Sequence record: SRR20825006_1933
Reading direction: 5' to 3' (one strand)
DNA: 64,000 nt
The notes beneath the pieces were generated by a model, which did no database searches, had not been told where the DNA came from, and worked only from the letters and a program-made list of their open reading frames with translations. The position numbers were made by a program, and so were the translations under genes. This document shows positions 57,881 through 64,000 of this stretch, piece by piece (positions within the stretch are counted from its first letter, which is position 1; the number at the start of each line of letters is the position of its first letter).

Positions 57881-58735
57881 ATGGTCGATCCTAAGTCGAC
57901 AAACACGCAACCTATCATCATCAAGCGCAAGAAGGTGGTCAAAGCTGACGGTCACCATGGCGGCGCCTGGAAGGTTGCCTATGCTGACTTCGTCACCGCG
58001 ATGATGGCGTTCTTTCTGCTAATGTGGCTGCTGAACGCAACCACGGAAGATCAGCGGAAAGGTATTGCCGACTATTTCAACCCGACCATCCCGATCAGCC
58101 GGATCTCAGGCGGCGGCTCTGATGGGTTGAACGGCTCTTCCATGTTCACCGAAGACACCTACGCCAAGATGGGCACAGGCGGCACGCGCCAACAAACGGT
58201 CGACTCACCAAAAAGAGAAGCCCAGTCCGGTGCCAGTAAGGAAGAGGTCGCAGAAAATCTCCATAACCTTCGACAAGAACTGGGCGAGAAGTCTAAACAG
58301 CTATCTGAGCATTTGATGATCAAGATGTCTCCGGAGGGCATGGTGCTCGAAGTAATCGACTCGGATAGCTCTCCCCTGTTCGCCGTTGGCAACAGCAACC
58401 CCACCCCCCTCCTGAAGGAACTGCTAGGGTCGATTTCCGGTTCACTCGACGCGTTTCGTAACGACATCAAGATCGTCGGTCATACCGATAGCCTGCAATA
58501 CCGTCTGGATGGGAACTACGATAACTGGAACTTGTCCACCGACAGGGCCAACGTTATCCGCAAGCTTCTGCTCGAAAAAGGCATGATGCCATCTCGCCTA
58601 CGCGAAGTCTCCGGACGGGCCGACACCGACCCACTCGCTCCGGAGAATCCGTCGGCCTCCCAGAACCGGAGGATCTCGATCATCATTCTGACGGACGTCC
58701 AGTCCAAAGATGAATCAAGGTTATCTGCTTATTAA
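57881..58735 (+). CDS. motB: Stator protein MotB
   Basis: HHGGAWKVAYADFVTAMMAFFLLMWL; OmpA-like GHTD..NWNLS..RA..NRRI. Confidence 0.96.
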   Translation: MVDPKSTNTQPIIIKRKKVVKADGHHGGAWKVAYADFVTAMMAFFLLMWLLNATTEDQRKGIADYFNPTIPISRISGGGSDGLNGSSMFTEDTYAKMGTGGTRQQTVDSPKREAQSGASKEEVAENLHNLRQELGEKSKQLSEHLMIKMSPEGMVLEVIDSDSSPLFAVGNSNPTPLLKELLGSISGSLDAFRNDIKIVGHTDSLQYRLDGNYDNWNLSTDRANVIRKLLLEKGMMPSRLREVSGRADTDPLAPENPSASQNRRISIIILTDVQSKDESRLSAY

Positions 58736-58736
58736 C
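58721..58736 (+). promoter_or_regulatory. CtrA-like box overlapping the motB stop, upstream of flgE
   Basis: TTAT-ctgctta-TTAAC, 44 nt before the flgE ATG. Confidence 0.55.
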
Positions 58737-58780
58737 AAATGCACTCCAGTGATAGGGTACATCTGTCGTAGGAGTCGACC

Positions 58781-60091
58781 ATGAGCATTTCTTCATCCCT
58801 GAATGCGGGCGTGATGGGGCTGAACTCAAATTCAAGCCGTCTTTCCGCCATTTCTGACAATATCGCGAACTCATCAACATACGGCTACAAGCGAAGCCAG
58901 GTTGATTTTTCCAGCATGGTTCTGCAACAACAGTCCTCAGCTTACGCCGCAGGTGGCGTTCGGGTTACAGCCTTCAAGGACATCGCCGCAACAGGATCGC
59001 TCATCTCTACCGGCAACGCAACTGATCTTGCGGTCTCTGGCCGTGGCCTAGTTCCGGTTACGGATAATACGGGCGTAAACTCGCTCTCGTCCGAACGTAG
59101 CTTGATGATGCTGCCAACGGGTTCATTCTACGCGGACGAAAGCGGAAACCTCCGAACTCAGAGCGGCCTCTTCCTGCTTGGTTGGCCTGCAAACTCCGAT
59201 GGAGAAATCGGCAATGTCAGCCGTAATAGCGGTACCGACCTCGAGCCAGTCAACATTGCGGCATCCCAGTATACTGCTTCCCCAACATCCCGCATCGAAC
59301 TCGGCATCAATCTGCCGGCCGATGCCACCACAGCTGGTGGGACGGGTGAAAGCTACACTCTGCCGATAGAGTATTTCGACAATCTGGGCCGCGCCCAAAC
59401 ACTGTCTTTGGAATTCAGCCCTAACGTTCCCGCATCAGGCTCAAGCAACGCCTGGTCTGTGGAGATATTCGATAGCGCTGGGGACCCAGCCGTTTCGATT
59501 GGCGATCTTGCCATCAACTTCTCCGACAGCGCCGTAAATGGCGGTCGTATCGACACTGGCGGCGTGACTGCTTCCAATGGTGCGACGTATGATGATGCGA
59601 CCGGCACCGTGACGCTAAATCTGCCCCACGGTGACGTCGAGGTGTTCATAGGTCGACCGAATGACAGCGCTGGTATTACTCAGCTCTCCGCCAATTTCTC
59701 ACCAACTTCGGTTAGTAAGGACGGAGCGCCTATTGGTGACCTCCAGTCCGTGGAGATTGACGAGAACGGCTATCTGCAAGCCATCTATAATACCGGCTTC
59801 CGCCGGACCCTCTACCAGATTCCGGTTGGTGATGTTCCGAATATGAACGGACTGAAGGCATTGGACGGTCAGGCCTTTCGTGTTTCTGCGGAAAGCGGAA
59901 ATTTGTACCTCTGGGACGCTGGCACCGGGCCGGTGGGCAGCATTGAGGGCTACGCCCTGATGGAATCCACAACCGATATCGCTGCGGAGCTTACAGACCT
60001 GATTGAAACACAGCGCGCCTACTCTTCCAGCGCGAAGATCGTGCAGACGGTCGACGAGATGCTACAAGAGACAACCAATCTGAAGCGCTGA
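58781..60091 (+). CDS. flgE: Hook protein FlgE
   Basis: ISDNIANSSTYGYK and LIETQRAYSSSAKIVQTVDEMLQ motifs. Confidence 0.96.
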   Translation: MSISSSLNAGVMGLNSNSSRLSAISDNIANSSTYGYKRSQVDFSSMVLQQQSSAYAAGGVRVTAFKDIAATGSLISTGNATDLAVSGRGLVPVTDNTGVNSLSSERSLMMLPTGSFYADESGNLRTQSGLFLLGWPANSDGEIGNVSRNSGTDLEPVNIAASQYTASPTSRIELGINLPADATTAGGTGESYTLPIEYFDNLGRAQTLSLEFSPNVPASGSSNAWSVEIFDSAGDPAVSIGDLAINFSDSAVNGGRIDTGGVTASNGATYDDATGTVTLNLPHGDVEVFIGRPNDSAGITQLSANFSPTSVSKDGAPIGDLQSVEIDENGYLQAIYNTGFRRTLYQIPVGDVPNMNGLKALDGQAFRVSAESGNLYLWDAGTGPVGSIEGYALMESTTDIAAELTDLIETQRAYSSSAKIVQTVDEMLQETTNLKR

Positions 60092-60119
60092 TCCGCAACT
60101 CTGACAGGCGAGCTCTGCT

Positions 60120-61568
60120 TTGAGTATTTCCCACGCCATCAACGCAGCACAATCCGGCCTGAAGGTATCTGGCCTTCGGGCCGACATTGTCGCCACGAAC
60201 GTCGCAAACGCATCAACGCCGGGCTATGTCCGGCGTTCTGTGCTGGTGGGCGAAACATTGCTTGGCGGCCGGACCAGCGGCGTTGCAGCTTCGGGTATTT
60301 CGCGCTCTGCCGATTCTGCGCTGTCTGCAGAGCGCCGAAGCCTTTCCAGCGATGTTGCGCAGTCCAGCTTGATGGCTAGTACATGGCAGGTGCTCTCATC
60401 CCGGATAGGGGATGACGCTGAAGGCACCGGGCTTTTCAGCAAGTTTTCCAAGTTTGAGGCGGCGCTGTCTGCCTCTGTCACCTCTCCCGAATCCAGCACC
60501 CAACTGGCGGCTTTGCTGGACTCGGCCAACGCTGTTGTGACGGAGTTGAACAATCTTTCGCAATTGGTCAGCCAGCAACGCTCGGAAGCTGATCGCGAGA
60601 TCGCCGACGGCGTGAACGTCGTAAATGCCGCGCTGAAACAGGTCGAAGAACTCAACGGTTTGCTGGCGGGCATGGACCGCTCGACATCCCAGGCCGCCGC
60701 ACTGATGGATGATCGCGACAGAACACTTGATACAATCGCAGAATATCTGCCGATCGAAGCGATTCCGCGCGACGGTGGAGTTGTCGATGTCATAACCGTC
60801 GAAGGTGTCTACCTCGTTGCGGGAACTGCCAAGCAATTGGAATTCTCGCCCGCCAATTCATTTGGCGCGGATATGACACTGGACAATGGCGCACTTTCGG
60901 GCCTCTCGGTGAATGGGCAGGAACTGACGCCGGGTGCGTCCAGTTACGCCGCTATATCAAGTGGTATGTTCGGCGCGCTTTTCACCTTGCGCGACACAGA
61001 CCTTCCAAATTTTGGAGCCCAACTCGATACGATCGCCAGCGATCTTGTGACCCGCCTGTCCAATGACTCGATTGATCCGACAAAAGTACCCGGCGATTTC
61101 GGCCTGTTTGTCGACACAGGCACGCCGGGCGATCCGGGTCTCGCTGGACGCATCGACCTGAACGCCCAAGTTGACCCAACCCAAGGTGGTAGCCTTTGGC
61201 GGCTGAGGGATGGCATCGGCGCCGCAGTTGAAGGCCCGCCCGGAGACAACTCCATTCTTTCGGCTATGTCCAACGCCTTCACCAAGATACAGTCGATGAA
61301 TTCGAACGGTATTCAGGGCGGCTTCTCCGCAACCGAATTGGTTGCACACGTCGCATCACTCGCCGGGCAAACCCGCATCTCTCACGAATCAGTGCTTTCA
61401 TCAGCATCCACGCAGCACGACCTGCTGATTGAGGCCGAATTGTCTGAGACCGGTGTCGATATCGATAGTCAGATGCAGGACCTACTTGCAATCGAACAGG
61501 CCTATGCAGCAAACGCCCGAGTCATCGAGATTGCAAATCAGATGATGCAGAAGCTGATGGAGATCTGA
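60120..61568 (+). CDS. flgK: Hook-associated protein FlgK
   Basis: NVANASTPGYVRR and GVDID.QMQDLL.IEQAYAANARVI motifs. Confidence 0.94.
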   Translation: MSISHAINAAQSGLKVSGLRADIVATNVANASTPGYVRRSVLVGETLLGGRTSGVAASGISRSADSALSAERRSLSSDVAQSSLMASTWQVLSSRIGDDAEGTGLFSKFSKFEAALSASVTSPESSTQLAALLDSANAVVTELNNLSQLVSQQRSEADREIADGVNVVNAALKQVEELNGLLAGMDRSTSQAAALMDDRDRTLDTIAEYLPIEAIPRDGGVVDVITVEGVYLVAGTAKQLEFSPANSFGADMTLDNGALSGLSVNGQELTPGASSYAAISSGMFGALFTLRDTDLPNFGAQLDTIASDLVTRLSNDSIDPTKVPGDFGLFVDTGTPGDPGLAGRIDLNAQVDPTQGGSLWRLRDGIGAAVEGPPGDNSILSAMSNAFTKIQSMNSNGIQGGFSATELVAHVASLAGQTRISHESVLSSASTQHDLLIEAELSETGVDIDSQMQDLLAIEQAYAANARVIEIANQMMQKLMEI

Positions 61569-61569
61569 T

Positions 61570-62550
61570 ATGGACCGCTTCTCTATTTCCTCCGGCCTGA
61601 TGACTGCCAGCCTTGGTCAGCACATTTCTGAATTGCGGACCCAGATCGGCAAAACATCGACGGAAGCCACGACGGGTCGGTATGAGGACCTTACGCTTCA
61701 TCTATCTGGCAGGATCGGTAAAGCCATGCTTGGTCAGAAGGCGCTGGCGGACATCTCCACCGATCGCGAAGTTCTGAACCTGCGCGCGACCCGACTGTCG
61801 CTGATCCAAACAAGCCTGGGCACAGTTCAAGAGAGTTCCAGTGGCATCGCCGCAAACATGCTGAGTGCTATCGGCGGCGAGCACGATACAGAAGTGGGTA
61901 TTGCAGCGCGGGACGCGAAGGCTGCCTTGTCTGCGTCGCTCTCGTCTCTGAATGCGCGATATGGAGACCGCTTCCTCTTCGCAGGGGACGCGACATCCAC
62001 CCTTCCCTTTTCCGATCAGTCCGCACTTTTGGCTGACATCGAACTGATTGCAGATAGCGCAACCGACAGTGCCGACTTTACGACTCAGCTGGATGACTAT
62101 TTCACCTCGCCGACAGGCGGCTGGTTGCAGAATATATACCAAGGCAGCACGATCGCGTCCGACCCGGAGAGCGTTACAGCAGACAATGACGCAATCAAGT
62201 CGCTCATCAGAGATTTGGCGGTATTGGCAATTTCTGGTCCGGATGGTCCACTCGCCTCTTTAGACGGTTACAAAACGCTTGTTCAGGAAACATCTCTGAG
62301 CCTGTCGTCGAGCGAAACGCAAATTACCAATCTACGGGCAGATCTCGGCGTATATGAAGAGCGGAATGCGATCGAGCAAAAAACGCTCGACACGGAAGAA
62401 ACACTACTGACCGCGTCGTTCAACGATTTGACTGCGCGAGACCAGTATGAAGCCGCGACGGAGCTGCAATCGCTGCAGACGACGTTGGAAGCCTCCTACC
62501 TGATTACTGCCCGCTTGTCCCAACTGTCACTCCTGAATTATCTGGGCTAA
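61570..62550 (+). CDS. flgL: Hook-associated protein FlgL
   Basis: LN.RYGDRFLFAG and LEASYLITARLSQLSLLNYL motifs. Confidence 0.88.
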   Translation: MDRFSISSGLMTASLGQHISELRTQIGKTSTEATTGRYEDLTLHLSGRIGKAMLGQKALADISTDREVLNLRATRLSLIQTSLGTVQESSSGIAANMLSAIGGEHDTEVGIAARDAKAALSASLSSLNARYGDRFLFAGDATSTLPFSDQSALLADIELIADSATDSADFTTQLDDYFTSPTGGWLQNIYQGSTIASDPESVTADNDAIKSLIRDLAVLAISGPDGPLASLDGYKTLVQETSLSLSSSETQITNLRADLGVYEERNAIEQKTLDTEETLLTASFNDLTARDQYEAATELQSLQTTLEASYLITARLSQLSLLNYLG

Positions 62551-62552
62551 AA

Positions 62553-63665
62553 ATGATGCTTCGGAAAACACTCCTCATCGCTGCGCTCTGCTTTGGTCTC
62601 CTCGGGGTGGCCGCCCCTGCCGATGCGCAAACCCGCCTCCGGGATATCGTCGATGTTGAAGGCGTGCGGCAGAACGATCTTATCGGTTATGGTATCGTGG
62701 TCGGCCTCAATGGCACGGGCGATTCAGTCCGCAACTCACCGTTTACAGAAGACTCGCTGACATACATGCTTGAGCGTCTTGGCGTGAATGTCCAGGGTGA
62801 GGATATCAAGCCCAACAATGCCGCAGCTGTTCTTGTGACGGCCACTCTGCCCTCCTTCGCACGTAACGGATCGACCATAGACATATCGGTCGCCTCGATC
62901 GGAGACGCCAAGAGCCTCGAGGGCGGCACCCTGATCCTCACGCCCCTGAAGGGCGCAGACAATGAAGTTTATGCGGTCGCCCAAGGCAGCATCATCGTCT
63001 CCGGTATTGACGTTCAAGCCGCCGCGGCGCGCGAAACGCGTGGTACGCCGACAGCAGGTGCGATCCCGAATGGAGCCCGCATCGAGCGCGAAATCGGCTT
63101 CGACTTCAACGACCGCGAGAGCCTGACACTCGCGCTGCGCGATCCAGATTTCACGACAGCCGCCCGCATCGAAGACGTCATCAACTCGGCCTATGGTGCC
63201 CAGATCGCCTATACTCGTGATCCTGGCACGATTGATCTGGACCTTCGCGGGATCAATGGGACGCCCTCACGTATCCTCGCAGATATCGAAAACTTGCCCG
63301 TTAGCGTATCTGTGCCAGCGCGTATTGTGATTGATGAGAAATCCGGCACGATCGTACTCGGCGAGGATGTTACCATTTCCAAAGTTGCGATTGCTCAGGG
63401 CAACATCTCTATCAAGGTGGTGGAAAGCCCCGTCGTGTCCCAACCGAACCCGTTTGCACGTGGCGAGTCCATCGCCCTGCCTCGCTCACGCATCACAATT
63501 GGTCAGACCGGCAGTAAGAATATTGCGATGCTAAATCCCAATGTGTCGCTCTCAGAGCTGATATCTGGGCTGAATGCGCTAGGGGTTACACCTCAGGAAA
63601 CAGCCGATATCATTCGCACAATGAAAGCAGCAGGCGCGCTCCACGCAGACCTGATCATACGTTGA
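62553..63665 (+). CDS. flgI: P-ring protein FlgI
   Basis: GVRQNDLIGYGIVVGLNGTGD and MKAAGALHA motifs. Confidence 0.97.
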   Translation: MMLRKTLLIAALCFGLLGVAAPADAQTRLRDIVDVEGVRQNDLIGYGIVVGLNGTGDSVRNSPFTEDSLTYMLERLGVNVQGEDIKPNNAAAVLVTATLPSFARNGSTIDISVASIGDAKSLEGGTLILTPLKGADNEVYAVAQGSIIVSGIDVQAAAARETRGTPTAGAIPNGARIEREIGFDFNDRESLTLALRDPDFTTAARIEDVINSAYGAQIAYTRDPGTIDLDLRGINGTPSRILADIENLPVSVSVPARIVIDEKSGTIVLGEDVTISKVAIAQGNISIKVVESPVVSQPNPFARGESIALPRSRITIGQTGSKNIAMLNPNVSLSELISGLNALGVTPQETADIIRTMKAAGALHADLIIR

Positions 63666-63711
63666 CCAAGTAGGTAAGATAAATTGTAGAGGAGCTGACC
63701 CGTGTCAGGCC

Positions 63712-64000
63712 CTACTCGGCCTCGTCGTCTCCTTCAGGCTTGCCAACCTTGATCGCCCCTTCCCGCTTGAGCGTCATCAGGGACATCAGGAACTGACGTT
63801 GGAGCTTCTCGCCCTTCTCCGCAGATATTTTTCCTACGTCTTCGAGCTGTAGACGATACTGGTCCGCCAAGCGCGACGAGATGTTGCCGAGCAAATAATC
63901 CGAAACTTCCGATCCGCTTTCGCGAAGACTCGCAAGGAGTTGGACCATTGTCTCTTCGCCAAGTTCCCGGAATACAATTGCAACAGCTTCTCGTGGCAAA
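63712..64000 (-). CDS. fliG: C-terminal part of motor switch protein FliG (5' end outside the window)
   Basis: YLLGNISSRLADQYR..LED..EKLQR..EGAI resembles the FliG C-domain. Confidence 0.75.
   Translation of the reverse strand, partial: LPREAVAIVFRELGEETMVQLLASLRESGSEVSDYLLGNISSRLADQYRLQLEDVGKISAEKGEKLQRQFLMSLMTLKREGAIKVGKPEGDDEAE

Overview
Alphaproteobacterial chromosomal window, probably Hyphomonadaceae-like (inferred from gene content, gene order and CtrA/LexA motifs; not database-verified). About 1-36 kb is core genome: fdxA, TerB-like, S4/Hsp15 and SUV3-like helicase genes, a PlcP-like phosphoesterase, gap-pgk-fba, thiE-efp-suhB, rpmE, argH-lysA, zapA, tkt, mmcB and rpoH2. It ends at tRNA-Arg(CCT). 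From about 36.4 kb to the end lies a compact flagellar supercluster headed by a diguanylate cyclase. No integrase, transposase, prophage or CRISPR array is visible. The most novel-looking signal is a perfect alphaproteobacterial LexA box in front of mmcB, followed 5 bp after mmcB by an uncharacterised 145-aa protein ending in a beta-clamp-binding motif (QMDLF). This is a candidate SOS clamp-binding module. Other leads: a perfect CtrA box in front of an exported nuclease; a MerR-like promoter on a leaderless orphan; Pho boxes at plcP; an RpoE-type promoter at rpoH2; a large acidic flagellin with a duplicated outer domain; a FliM-like protein without a CheY-binding N-terminus; and uncharacterised flagellar genes (DUF1217, a 582-aa exported protein coupled to motA). 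All product calls come from motif recognition by eye.
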